Shown here one piece after another: positions 37,728-50,393 of a stretch of 64,000 nucleotides of DNA. This stretch comes from Nemertoderma westbladi. Lineage: Eukaryota > Animalia > Xenacoelomorpha. Each line of letters opens with the position of its first letter. Position 1 is the first letter of the stretch. The notes under the pieces are model-generated. The model did no database searches. It had not been told where the DNA came from and saw nothing but the letters and a program-made list of their open reading frames with translations. Location of the stretch: assembly GCA_032718475.1 (NCBI GenBank), contig JAUCBJ010001077.1:1-64000 (forward strand), in the 5' to 3' direction. The translations under genes were made by a program, and so were the position numbers.

Positions 37728-37816
37728 TTTAGTATAATATTGAGTTTAGAATATATACACGCTAATGCTAAAATTTAAATAACAAAAAGATTATGAAATG
37801 ACATCACGACCCCTGA

Positions 37817-39090
37817 TCATGTATTATTATCAATGCGCCCCTGCGAGTTATTACTATAATAACGCCAAGGTCGAACACAAATCCCCGCTCCCCACGTTTC
37901 AGGGGAGAGTGCCTTCTGATAAGCAGACTGCGGAACTGATATCTTATAACTATTCGATCTGGTATCGCTATGGGACTTTATTTCAATGTCTGAGACCTGG
38001 ATTGTGATACCTGATTCAGCGAGATCGGAAACTAGATCAGCGGTAGTTACCGACTTGTGAACTCGGAAGACGAAGATGTTAGCCGGAGCAGCTTTTGTTT
38101 TACGAGCAGAAACCCCAGACGCCCCGGTTCCTGCACTACCACCGGTACCGACGATATGTCGTCGCCGTTGTTTACGCTGGAGCTGGAATGGCCCCCCCTC
38201 ATCCACCGGAATCTCCAGCACGTCAGCCCCCGTCATCGCCGGAGGTGGATGCCGGTCTCGGTCGCTTAGCACTGCCTGCCTGTGACGTGACAGATAACGC
38301 GTGATACGGATTGGAACGCAAGGTTGCCGATGGTGTAGCTGGCCTTCGAAGTTCTGGTGCAGGTGAATACGACCGATGAGCTACCGTCTTTGGTCGAACA
38401 CTCTGAGCGCCTGGCGATTCACGATAAACAGGACTCCCGGAGCGAGTATGTACTCCCTTTGCAGATAGCGCCTCTCGATACGAGAGACCTGGACGTGATA
38501 GACGTGGTCCACCTTCCGTAGCTTTACCGTTACCAGGTTACCGGAACCCAGGGAGCACAGACTGTGCACCATCGATTCGAGGGAATTAAATCTCTTACTG
38601 AAATCTTCTCCCAAAGTTCGCAAACCCTTGTCGAACTTGTCCTCCATTAAACCTAACTTAACACAGGCTTCTGTGTCTCTCAGAGAACTACCGGTAGGAG
38701 ATTCCGATAAATTGGGAAGTGAAAGCGCCTCCAAAGCCCCGACCGCTATAATTGGTAAACTTCCGCTAGAATCCATTAAACGCATCTGCTCGTGGATGTC
38801 TATAATGTTCGCCTTAGCTGCAGTACGTGTAGCTGAGTCACGTCTTTCTATTGGATCGAACCCACATAATTTAAACAGTTTATCCTTAGCGCAAACAACT
38901 TCGCCTGGAGTAAATCGCATGAGGCAAGATTCTTGCACAGTTCCGGACAGATTCGACGACAAACCCTGCATCAGCAAGGACAAACAGCAGTCTACAATGG
39001 TAACATTGCTTCTATCAATCGTTGTAGTTGTGCCCGTTGGACCTTCATCCATTGACGTTGGCTGCGGAAGCAGTAAATCCGCCGCCGCCA
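37817..39090 (-). pseudogene. LINE ORF1 (frameshifted), with a C-terminal RRM-like region
   Basis: Two ORF pieces upstream of ORF2; C-terminus NIFVFRV...SYKISV...WGAGICVRPW resembles CR1/L2-group ORF1s. Confidence 0.7.
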
Positions 39091-39544
39091 TAATACAGTA
39101 ATAAATACCCCGTAATAGTATTACTACGGGACTGTCTGTCAGATAGTATGCAGTATAAAATGTACCGGGTACCGGTATAGCAGTACAAAGTTGCAGCAAA
39201 TAGTGATTGAGAGAACACACGAACACACGCGACACAATATTTATCAAAATTCTATAAGATAAGTTTTAAAGAGCTTCCAAAGCTAGTTCGAATGGGCCAA
39301 CAACTAAGAAAATTGGTTGAAAAATGACGGAGGAGTTGTAATTTGAAAAAGAAAAATGTCATTCCGAGAAAATGCCCTTCAAAGTTTAAACCTTCCCTTC
39401 GTGCCATCATTGGCTGTCTGTGTTCTGGTTGGTTAATTATTTATGGTACGAAGGATGCACACCAATGAGCTAAAATTTTCTTTACTGGGGTTTTCGTGGT
39501 CGCTGATTTGTTTCCTGATTTCAGTTTTAGTGTTTGGATGTATA

Positions 39545-41662
39545 CCCTGCAAACAATTTACTTTCAAGGAATGTCAGAAAAACATCATTAATTTGTTATA
39601 AATGTTGATAAATGTTATTCCCTTGTTTGATAGAATATTTAGATGTTCAATATATGTTATTTTAACATTACTCTATAATGTCTTTGTCAGACATTAAATA
39701 AATGATAACTGTTGAAGTTAAAAAAACGTAATTTTAATGTGAGAACATAAACATTAGTCAAAAATATTTTATAAGTGTTTAGTTCTAACATTTTAAGAAC
39801 ATGGTTTGTTACATATCAGAACAATGTTATTTTGTCACATAAAATAAGCATTATGCGATAGACGCTGTCACTTCTATTATCTAATCTGAGATTGATGATT
39901 GGCTAATTTTAAAATTCGCGGTAATGGAGGAATTTTCCACATGTAAATGGTATACAGTATGGTATGTTGTACAATACTCATTCTGGCATGCCTGTATTCA
40001 ATGTTTATTGTGTATATGTATTGTTATACTGCTGTACTGCAAGGCCTATCTCTATATTACTGTAGTGTAGTTACTGCAGGCCTACTGCTCTGTACAGTAG
40101 CTTATATTTTTGGTTTTATAGTTTTGGTTTTGTGATTTATTTAACCTGAACTCATAAATAAAACATATCTACCTGAATGCGAGTTCGCCTTTACCCTCTG
40201 GATTCACACATTACTGCATTGGACCTACCAATTACAGAATTCAAGTCTGCCAGGACCAGAAAGTCCCCTTAAACCAGCACTGACAGGTGGAGGATTGACT
40301 TATTTGTCTGTACTGATGGTGGATTTCAACAGCCGAGGACTAAAGATTGGAATTCTTATTATTGGGAGGTCCCAGTTTTCAGTTGAAGGGGCAGGGCACA
40401 GGGACAGCATTACTACAAAACTTTCGATTCGATTTGAAAACTTCACATTAACTGTTATTACAAACTATTTATTGTTTCAGTTTTTAGATTGTACTTTTGT
40501 AGGGCCTAGGCCTATTGATTTATTTTTACAGTTTAATAAATGAAGCTCACTCAGCTATAATTATAATTAACATTTAATTTTTTAAATATGATTTGTTCAG
40601 ATAGAGAGGATTTGCGATGCAATCAAAATCATCCCTCTCCAGGGAGGTACTGATTACTCTCCCAGAAATAAATCTGTAACCTGTTTTTTTTTTGTTTACC
40701 CGTAGGATATAATAATGTGCCTCTGTAGCCAACTGTAACCTGCTCCTTTTAATAATTTAACATTGTTGTGAGGTATTATTTATTAAACCCACCACTATAT
40801 GTACATTATTTTATATAGACTACAAATCAGATCTATAAATCTAGTGAATAATATTAACTTAAAGTATTTTAATTGATGAAATTCATTACGTTGTTGTCAC
40901 TTATTATTACGTCATAAACATATTCATTTTAAGTCTGTGATTAACTTTAACCGAAATATCAAAACCATTCACGTAATGGGCCATACAGCCATATATTTGT
41001 TGTTTACTTATTGCGATATTTTACTTTGATTTTGCTGTTTATTTCATTATTTGTTCCTGACTGGTCATTATACAAAAAATTCAATTCAAGTTATACGTTT
41101 TAATTGTTATTAATTTGCATACAATTGCATATACAACAAAATTGTATTCAATCAAACTGTGTTAGAGATTGTAGCCGAGCCTGCCACTACCATATCAACA
41201 TGCGTAGGGAAATCATTAATTAATTATTCAATAAAGGGTTTGGCAATTATAAAGAACGGCAATGGAGGGGGATTATTATTTTGAGCAAGCGAACCAACCA
41301 TAAAACATGAGAGAAGGGCTTAATGCACGTATAATGTTACGTTTTTAGCAAACAATATTTTTATGTTAAGAAATAACATAAAAGCAACGATCTAAATAAA
41401 CATTATGCCGTTGTTATTTTAATGTCAATAAAAATACAATAATAATGATAAGGAATAACATAAAAGTAATGATATATGTAACCATCCTGGCTTTGTTATT
41501 TTAATGTTATTAAAAACGAAATAATAACGTTAGTATATAACGTCATATTTCTTGGCCAATTTACAGTTTTTTTACCATTAATCTAACAATTTGAAATAAT
41601 GTTATCTATGTCATTAAATAACATTTTAATAACAGCTTTTTAACAATACATTGTTTGCAGGG
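39545..41662. mobile_element. 2.1-kb non-autonomous DNA transposon with 13-bp TIRs (possibly CMC/EnSpm-like)
   Basis: ta|ccctgcaaacaat ... attgtttgcaggg|ta, with many AATGTTAT/ATAACATT subterminal motifs at both ends; no ORF. Confidence 0.65.
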
Positions 41663-41979
41663 TAGTCTGTCTGTCTGTCTGTTTCTTTGATTGTTTCTTA
41701 CAATTTGACGGACAGACCGTCATACGGAAAAACAGTGATAACTCGAGAACTGAAAGAGGTATCACTAAGCGGTTTTCAGATTTGTAATTCTTATTAAATT
41801 CTGCTCTAGATGTAATAAAGAAATAACAATTTGAAAATTTGGCCTGAGGGGGGTACAAGATACAATGGCATATAGAAACCCGAGATAAAAATATAACACA
41901 TTCCGATTGAGTCTGACTTATGCGTTAACCTAATACGGGAGATTTTATCGTGATAAATGTTCTTTTAACTTTTTATAAT

Positions 41980-42230
41980 ATGGTAATAGTGGTGACATTC
42001 CTATGGGCTGCCAATTAGGAAGCCCTGGTTCGATCCTTACAGCAGCACTATTTGGGCACAGTGCTATAAATGCTGCAGTCTAGCCCAACCCCGGCTTTCA
42101 TTCTTCAGTGGTCAATAAATGGGAACCAAGGCAACTTGGGAAACAGAGTGGAAGGGTTTACTGTGGAAGATCACCCATGGTGGTGAACAGGTATTCATTC
42201 CTTGGCTTAACGAGCCTAAAAGATTCTCCC
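41980..42230 (+). mobile_element. tRNA-derived SINE
   Basis: A-box-like tggtaatagtgg, B-box ggttcgatcc (42027-42036), core ctttcattcttcagtggtcaataaatgggaacc similar to the SINE at 48758. Confidence 0.6.
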
Positions 42231-42549
42231 ATTCATAATGGTTTTGTTCAGAATTGGAACAATTGAGGAAGCACGTTATTTAACTTTTTATTTAGTTTAC
42301 AAATAATTGAACAGCTGAATTTAGTGAAGTACCATAAATGAATTACGAGAGTGAATTATTTGAGCGTCAGACTTCCAACCCGGAGAGGCCACCATTTCCA
42401 TCCCTCCTGGACGTCATTGCCGACGTCGCTAATCTTGTGTCCAACGGAAGTTGTAATAAATGAATTCTGATTACTTAATTTGCATCATCCATCATCACAA
42501 TCACAATGTCCTACACAATTCTCCCATTAGTATACGTATTGTTATTCAG

Positions 42550-42712
42550 GTGCGCTACTTGTAACTACACAACCCACAGCAACCCCGCTCTGTTACGTCA
42601 CGTCCGTGTTCAACACGCCCAATGTCGGATATTCCGCTGTACGAGTTGTCCGTATACAGCCAAGGAGCAGTGGGTTCTAAACCGACACCTCCGCACTCAC
42701 AGGACCGACAAG
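42550..42712 (+). CDS. C2H2 zinc-finger protein, exon with fingers 4-5
   Basis: ttcag| phase 2 matches the previous exon; CATCNYTTHSNPALLRHVRVQH, CTSCPYTAKEQWVLNRHLRTH; donor aag|gttcg. Confidence 0.9.
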
Positions 42713-42836
42713 GTTCGTCAACGCAAAGAATTATCATTCAACGGAATTATGTATTTTTTGTTTAAATCTGCTCTCTACTTGTAACATTTTTACAGATATA
42801 GTTTATAATACCTCCGATATTTATATTTTTCTCCAG

Positions 42837-42965
42837 GACTCCCACAAATGTTACATATGTAATTATAATGGCGACTCCAGCGAATCGTTACAGAAACACA
42901 TTCGCGTAAAACACGTTGAATCTTTCAGTTCTGATAAGACTTTGAGTCGCACTGATGATTTGGAG
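42837..42965 (+). CDS. C2H2 zinc-finger protein, exon with finger 6
   Basis: ctccag|DSHKCYICNYNGDSSESLQKHIRVKHVESFSSDKTLSRTDDLE|gtaag, phase 0-0. Confidence 0.9.
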
Positions 42966-43227
42966 GTAAGTCTACAGTATTGAGATATTGACGCAAAATA
43001 ACACCAACTATGTGTTTAGTGGGTTTTAAAAATTAATTTAATTTAAAACACTAGAAAGCCAGCACGATGGTACAGTATAAGAAGAGATTGCAGCTTGACA
43101 AACAGCTTGATAAACAGACAGTATTGCCCATTGCTAATCTAAGATGGATTAGTATTGTAATGGACGTGGATAATATATTAAACTATCAAAAATATTCCCA
43201 TCACAAACATCACAATATGTGACTCAA

Positions 43228-43566
43228 GTGTAGTACCTGGGTAGTACAGGTAATAAGTGTAGTACTGTACCTGGGTAGTACAGGTAAGTGTAGTACCTGG
43301 GTAGTACAGATAATAAGTGTAGTACCTGGGTAGTACAGGTAATAAGTGTAGTACCTGGGTAGTACAGGTAATAAGTTAGTACCTGGGTAGTACAGGTAAT
43401 AAGTGTAGTACCTGGGTAGTACAGGTAATAAGTGTAGTACCTGGGTAGTACAGGTAATAAATGTAGTACCTGGGTAGTACAGGTAATAAGTGTAGTACCT
43501 GGGTAGTACAGGTAATAAGTTAGTACCTGGGTAGTACAGGTAATAAGTTAGTACCTGGGTAGTACT
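43228..43566. repeat. 29-bp minisatellite (GTGTAGTACCTGGGTAGTACAGGTAATAA), about 12 copies
   Basis: Direct tandem copies. Confidence 0.95.
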
Positions 43567-44185
43567 GTACAAACCAGAAAATTCTCAATATTCCCTCATT
43601 TCTTCACCAACACGGAAAATAAATTTAGTTCTTTTACGAAAAATTTCTATATAACCGTACTTACACTGAAACCCAGAAAAATATATAAATGCTCATACCT
43701 TAAAAACAACAGAAATCACGTGTAAACGACAAAATTGCAATAATCGGAAAAAGCACCTTCACATTTCCGGCTTCCCTTTGTTCCACGTAGGTTTAAACTT
43801 CCTAATGTAGTAATTATATACAGTACGTTAGAGGATTCGCAGGTAAAGACCCTGCGCTTTTCTCACCCCAAGCCCAAGGTAGTATCGGCAGGTCAAACAT
43901 TCTCGGGCACAATAAACACATGGACCGATTACACGGTATATTTCGTTTCATAATTAAACCAATCTTGGTACGTTATGGAGTCCGTCAAATTGGAAAGAAT
44001 CTGAAGTTTGGGCCTGTCCCGACAGACGGTACCGGTAGTTTGAAACTTTTTATAAAAGAAATCCAAATTGGTACGTATCAGTCTCGTGTTGCGAGAAGGC
44101 CTACAAACGTGTTGTCTTGGTTATAATCGTTTGTGGTCGCGAACTTATATATTCACAACATTAATTGTATCTGTTTTCTCCTCAT

Positions 44186-44970
44186 GTACTACTATGTACT
44201 ACTACTACTATACTAGGTCGAGCGAACTCGGACAGTGGAAATGAGATCCTTCCAGGTTTCCCGATTCTCCATAGTTGTCGCAATTTCGTTTCTCCCAAGT
44301 TCGGTATCCCTTTCAAGTTGATCTATATATGTTATGGCCGGTCGTCCACGACTAAGCTTTCCATGAGTGGGTTGCCAGAAAAGTAGATCTGGTATGACCT
44401 CGTCTTTACTTCGCCAGCAGTGCCCACTGAATCTTAATCTGCGTTCACGGAGGGTGGTTGATACAGGTGGTATTGTACCAAAAGCTCGGCGTTTGTCATG
44501 TGTTGTCTCCAGCTGATGTTTAGGGCTGCCCTTAGTAGTCTTGTGTAGCAACCATCAATTCGTTGTTCAAGTGATTTAGTCACTGTCCAGGTCTCACCCC
44601 CGTATAAAAGTACACTTTCCACTGTGGCTTGAAAGAACTTAGTCTTCCGCTGCCTGGAGAGTTCTAATTTCCAGATGGTATCCATTTTTGATAGAGCTGC
44701 CCAAGCCTTTTTTTGATTTCCTAACTTCTGTGTCCTTTTTGCTACTCTCTATCCATGACCCAAGGTACTGGAAGTCGGCAACCTTCCTTAGTTGATTATT
44801 ATCAATTGTTGTCAAGTTTCTAATAACATTAAAACCAAAAGTCATGAATTCGGTCTTGGTATCGATCGGATATATGAATTCTGTCTTCACACTTTGTGGC
44901 CGTCCTCATTGCGTAATCAAATACAATTACAAATAGTAATGGCGCGAATGTGTCACCTTGCAGTACGATT
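44186..44970 (-). mobile_element. 5'-truncated, internally deleted RTE LINE with a (TAG)n-type tail
   Basis: LQGDTFAPLLF, FQYLGSWI, VESVLLYGGETW, RRLRFSGHCWR, RGRPAITY; tail reads tactactac on the + strand. Confidence 0.88.
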
Positions 44971-46548
44971 ATGATGATTATGACTTCGATTATGATGAAG
45001 TCTTTAGCTATGGTTAGTTTTATGTACCTGGGATATTTACGGACCTGGGACAATAGCTGATATGAAGTGTTGCCATTGAAGGAATACTGCGAAAAGGTTC
45101 TAACAAAGCTAATAACCAAATCAAATGTTCTTGATCTCTATGTTGCGGGCAACTTTATTCTACAGCGATTTTACGTGAGCCTACAAAAGGATTCTTTAAG
45201 AAATACATGCCATCAGGGGCCATTAAAGTTATCCAACATCAGTCGTTTAAGTTTTAAAACATATTACACATATTACCTAATATATAGTCTACAGAATTCC
45301 GCAAAATTGTACAAAATCGGTTTGTATACACACAAACATTATTGTCTGTCATATTCAGTTTCCACTTACAAATATATCGTCAGTTAGTCTTAGTCAATGA
45401 TATACATACATACACCATGTTTCTCGGAATATATTGTCGTTATTCAGGTCCTCCCCCCCCCCCCCAAATTTTTTTTACAAATCGTAATGAGATTGCATTC
45501 AATTTGAAACATAGAGAGTTTCACTTCCCTCCTCCTCCGTCGGTGAGCTAGAAATTTTTATTTTTGCTTTCATTCTTTAGCTACAAGCGTTGTTACACAG
45601 TTATTCTTCAACCTTATAGTGATTTGTTGGTGCTGATGGAAAGTTGGGTGGAAAGCAATCTTATGAAGATTCGTAGACACCACAATTCCACATGTTTGAA
45701 AACCGTTTAGCTTGATCTCTTTTACTTCTCGCTTTTACTTCTTGTTCAACAGTTATAACCCGTTTTACGAAAGACAACACTGCAATTTTTGAAAATTTGA
45801 AATTAATTTTGAAATATAGCGGTCTTCTCCTTAAAAAGTGCGAACCAAAAATTATATTCGATTTAAGGTAATCGTCCTGATCACAAAAAAACAGGTTAAG
45901 ACTTCTGAAAATTAAGTATAACAAAGAGTAGCATTTTAATTCATAAATATATATTTTCGCTCTGGCCGCTAAGGGTGTCAAAAATAAAATTTTTGAAAGT
46001 ATTTAAATTCAATATATAGTAGGCCTACACCCAAAATGTACTTTGCACTTTATTTCTACTTATTCGCTTTATGGGACACGATGCATTTCAAAATGTTGAC
46101 TTCCAAGCCATTACATAATAAATACAGCACATAATAAAGATTATAAATAGTTTAGGTTGTACAATGAAAACACAATTTTATTCTAAAAAATCACATATAA
46201 TATTTACTAATAATGTTAGGCCCTACAGGTATATTCACTATTTACGTCGTTTAATTTCCATGTACAGTTGTATGCATGTCTATCTAGTATTAAATTGTAA
46301 TTCTACGAATTATTACATACTCCAATTTTAGTTTGAGGAACAGGGATTTTTTTGGGATCTCATGAATCACAGAATGATAAATTTATCTATCGGTATAAAT
46401 GTGATGACAGGCAGCCGCTGCTAACGTATATGACATTTTCTGTAGTGGCGTCACCTGCATCAGTAGGCTATCATCTGATCGCCTTATCACACTTATTTTG
46501 TGCACTAAAAATTAAACAAGTTCCACTAATTTTTGTATTTTTTTTAAG

Positions 46549-46947
46549 GATGGGAGATGTGTCCCGTCACATGGTCTTACCCGCAACCAATCACCATCCT
46601 TGTCAGACAATATCGACTCATTCACTGACGGAAAACAGGAACCGTCCTGTGTGGACCTCCGCTCATCATCATCTCCTCTCGACCTTTCCAGCCACGCTAT
46701 CAACATGTCCCAGCCATTATTGGTTCCTACCAACAGGCTTAACAACCAATCGCGTGAGAGTGTATCTCCTCCCAATCAATCCCTACTCATTCCTAAGATA
46801 ACACCAGTTAAAGATGACGTCGTAATAACATCGCCACCATTATTGTTGTCAAGCAACGTTAAAAAAGAAATTCTGGATTCGAAATCATCTGTGTACCAGG
46901 ACGATATTCAGTACACGAATAAGCAGCAGTCCTACCACAATAACATA
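46549..46947 (+). CDS. C2H2 zinc-finger protein, Ser/Pro-rich exon with a PLDLS motif
   Basis: tttttaag|DGRCVP...SSSSPLDLSS...HNNI|gtgag, 399 nt, phase 0-0. Confidence 0.85.
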
Positions 46948-47497
46948 GTGAGTTTAAGCAGTTTTTTTTTATAGGAAGTATACCGGTAGTCTACGACATA
47001 TTTCTAACATTATTTTTATATAACATAAAATTTTCATACCATTAATTACCCTAATCTGAACATATTAGTGTCGCAAAGAATTCCTTTTTACGAGTTTCAG
47101 TTGTCCGAAATTCATTTTTGCACTCTCTTCGCTCGTCTTATAACCTGCCAAGTTGTATAGTGGTTACGGATGGTATATGTCATAAGATGTAATGATGCAT
47201 GGGGGGGGGGGGGGGGGGGGTTGCGTGCTGGTTTTTCAAACGGAGGAAACGAAAGGGGAAAGCGGACACAAATAGAAAGTGAATTAGTTTATTGTTTTGG
47301 TTACAAACACTTTCAATATCTCCTGCACCTTCCCATTTTCCCATCAAATACATTTAAGGGGAAAAATTGCCCGAAATAATGCGTTTTTGAAATTCACATG
47401 TTCTGTCCCCCCCCCCCCCCCCCCCCCCCCCCCTAATCAATAATTGCAGTATGCCAATCAATGATAAACGTACAACGCATAATATTATGTTACCTAG

Positions 47498-47655
47498 AAT
47501 GTGATGTCCCACCCGCCACACATGTACAACACCGACTCCTACCCACAGAGGATGTACGCCGCCAATCAGTTTACCGCTACTTCGCAAAACTCAGCCGCCA
47601 CTACGCTCCAGAAGCTAGCGGCCCAGGGACAGCGTAGCTATCCTAGTTTATTAAG
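47498..47655 (+). CDS. C2H2 zinc-finger protein, internal exon
   Basis: cctag|NVMSHPPHMYNTDSYPQRMYAANQF...YPSLL|gtgag; only the phase-0 frame is open. Confidence 0.7.
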
Positions 47656-47677
47656 GTGAGACACTATAAATACTTCA

Positions 47678-47975
47678 TACTACTACTACTACTACTAGGA
47701 TCGGCATGCTGCATTGCAGCTGCATTTTTAAGAATGCTGTGCCGGCTTGTCAACACAATTGCACCGCCACAACTCCCTATCACCCATGACATTTGCTAGA
47801 TCATCCGCATCTTTAAGGCCAGTGTCCTTTAAGATGTGTCTCAAGAAAGTCATGGGCTGTCCACCATGCTTATTCACTCCATGAGGCTGCCAAAGTACAA
47901 GATTATGCACTGGCTGGTCCTCACGGCGAAAGCAATGTCCTGCAAAGCGGAGGCGATTTTGTTCTAGTGTCAAAT
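47678..47975 (-). mobile_element. RTE LINE 3'-end fragment with a (TAG)n tail
   Basis: RLRFAGHCFRREDQPVHNLVLWQPHG...DADDLANVMGDRELW; same family as the element at 18150-20290. Confidence 0.85.
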
Positions 47976-48307
47976 ACTTCATAGTGACTGACTGGGACAA
48001 TACTATAGCTGAACCTGCGCTATTTATACGTACGGACATTTTCGGTTTTATTGCGCGCATTCCAGTCGTAAAATTGTTCCCAACATTTTGAACATTCTTA
48101 CTCGTAGAATCAAATAAGATACAATTTAATTTTTATCACCCCCCCCCCCCCCCCCCCTGTGCAATGGACAATTATTAGAGCTATAAAATTAAGTTAAGAA
48201 ATATATTTGTATCTTCTTAATTTTAATTCTTAATGTTAAAATTATTGTCTTTCATCCTTTCTTATTTACACATAATCCGTTTAAAATGTACGTAAATTTC
48301 TCCATAG

Positions 48308-48691
48308 TGTTCTTACACAGCATCCCTCATATCCTATCAGACCAACTTCTCAGCCCAGGGCTACTCAATGTTTCCCGGTTATGGAAGACAAAAATGGCAC
48401 AACAAATCAGCCAATCATGAGAATGCATGGTCCTCCAATCAAGAGCGCACAAGATCAACCAATCAGGATTCATCGACTGGATTAGGTCGGCAGTTGAGTA
48501 CAAACAGTCAGCCGAGTATGGGTATGTTACAACGTCTTGTCGACAACAACTCCTGGGAGAAGAGGGATACCGGCGAGCCATCTCCGGATAATAAAATAGA
48601 CGGCGGCCCAACGAGCCAATCAGCAGCGAGCGTGGGAAGTGATGAACTGATCGATGAAGGAAACGACGAGTTCGAGGAACCCCCAGAAAAA
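48308..48691 (+). CDS. Probable zinc-finger gene exon (acidic, low complexity)
   Basis: ccatag| acceptor, open frame ending DELIDEGNDEFEEPPEK|gtaagt. Phase does not match the 47655 donor, so an indel or a missed exon is implied. Confidence 0.6.
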
Positions 48692-48757
48692 GTAAGTCAG
48701 AATTTATTTATAATGTTTATTATATCCACATATTTTATGAGAGGCTAATTGATTTAA

Positions 48758-49005
48758 GCCGGGGCAGCTCAGTTGGTTGAGCGCCGGGCCTGCAATCTAT
48801 TGGTTGTAGGTTCAGCCCCGCCAGGGTCCATTCAGCCTTTCATCCACGGGGTCGATAAAATGAGTACCAGTTAAATAACTGGGAGCAAATCTTGGGATAG
48901 GAGTAGCGCCCACCCCTACCTTCGGGTAGCAGCTATGGAAAGATGAGCCTTCGGGTCGCCTCCGACCTCGGCCGACTGTTTTCTTGAATGGATTTACTAT
49001 TTATT
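48758..49005 (+). mobile_element. tRNA-derived SINE (core recalls the Meta-domain type)
   Basis: A-box agctcagttgg, B-box-like ggttcagccc, core cagcctttcatccacggggtcgataaaatgagtaccag, AT-rich tail. Confidence 0.75.
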
Positions 49006-49039
49006 TACTCGAATGACTCTTATTCACAGGTAGAGATCG

Positions 49040-50315
49040 TGTACGCGCTTTTGAAGACCTTTAGCAGTTTAACCTGCCAAAATTTATATGTCTTTTGGTT
49101 TATAAATATACTTTAGAAGATGACAAATATTTAATACCAATAAACACAACATTAGCAGAAGCCAGCCTAGTGCGCGTCCATTCACCCGCTGGATATTCCC
49201 GGGAGACTGGATTCTGAGGGCTTAGATTATTATTGCAGTGTAAGCTTACTGTACTGTATTATTCGATTGATCGTTAATAATTAATTTCTGACTAATATTA
49301 TTCACTTTCGGGAAATATTAACAGTTCCTTTAGGACGTGGCGCTCTATCTAAGTAAACAGAGATATGACTTATACTAATCGCAACGGTAAGTCGGTAAGG
49401 CTTAAGATTCACGTATGAGGCGCATTCTTTAGGAAATGCTTAGTTATCAGTCACAATCAGGCACACTACCGGTAACATACAATACTGCTCACTAATTTGC
49501 CGACCGTCAATGAATTTTATCATATATAAAGAGAACAGCAACGGACCAATGTAGTGCTTATCAAATAGCATTAAATTCACTACAAACCACAACAATATAA
49601 GTCGCAATCGCTATATATAACCCGTCTCTCTAACCTGTAGTGTATCAAGAAAATTGGGAAATTTGGGTTCTTTATATATGTTCTCCAAATAATGTTCAAC
49701 CAAACACAATAGTAAACAGCAGTATAATAATGTATATTGAACCGATAATATAAAAACAGAAACCAGTTGATATGAATTGATATATGATGTGGACTGTTAT
49801 GAACTGATAACAGTTATACGCTCTATAATTTAAGCCTACTAATGTTTCTTCTAAAGTATGAAACGAATTGATTCTAGAGCCGTTGTTCCTGGCCTAGATA
49901 GCAATAACACAAAGTATCAAGAAAAAAACAGTAAGACTGAACACTCTCCTTATGATCGGCCGAAAAGCTACACGTCGACAGGAAAAATCGCTCTGATTGG
50001 CTCAAGCCAAACAAAGAACCATGCGTCCAATGGCTGTTTCCATGTCAGCAACCAGCTGTTAGATGTCGTAATATGAATCATCACGGCTAAGCTGTGAAAG
50101 GTATTTGGTGCATTGCAGGTTTTTTGCCTTACCATGTCCGCTAAAACACGTATATAGCAGAATGACTTTTATGTCCGTTAAAACACCTGTAACGGTACCT
50201 TGCGGGCGAGGGGAATATATATACAGTTAGAGAACCTTTTAGAGTATTCCAGCGCCTGGGGGGAAACTGGATTGCGAAGCAAAAGGGCCAGTTATATCCC
50301 ACAGAAGCTTTTACA
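49040..50315 (-). repeat. 3' LTR (inner boundary provisional: 50315 or 53017)
   Basis: 49040-49667 matches 63373-64000; the boundary is inferred from PPT-like TGGGAGCGG|TGTA on the minus strand. Confidence 0.7.
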
Positions 50316-50393
50316 CCGCTCCCAGAAAATGGGATTTGAGTCTATAAAATATAAAAAATCACAGTTTCTAATATACGTAAATACTCTAAACAG

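Larger units (their letters stand above)
34500..39245 (-). mobile_element. Near-full-length CR1/L2-group LINE (ORF1 plus APE-RT ORF2), antisense within a zinc-finger intron
   Basis: ORF1 pieces at 38381-39247 and 37817-38272; ORF2 follows; (AAATT)n tail at about 34495-34515. Confidence 0.93.

Noticed and set aside
48758-48830. tRNA gene
   Set aside because: Degenerate B-box, no acceptor-stem closure, and it continues into a SINE core.
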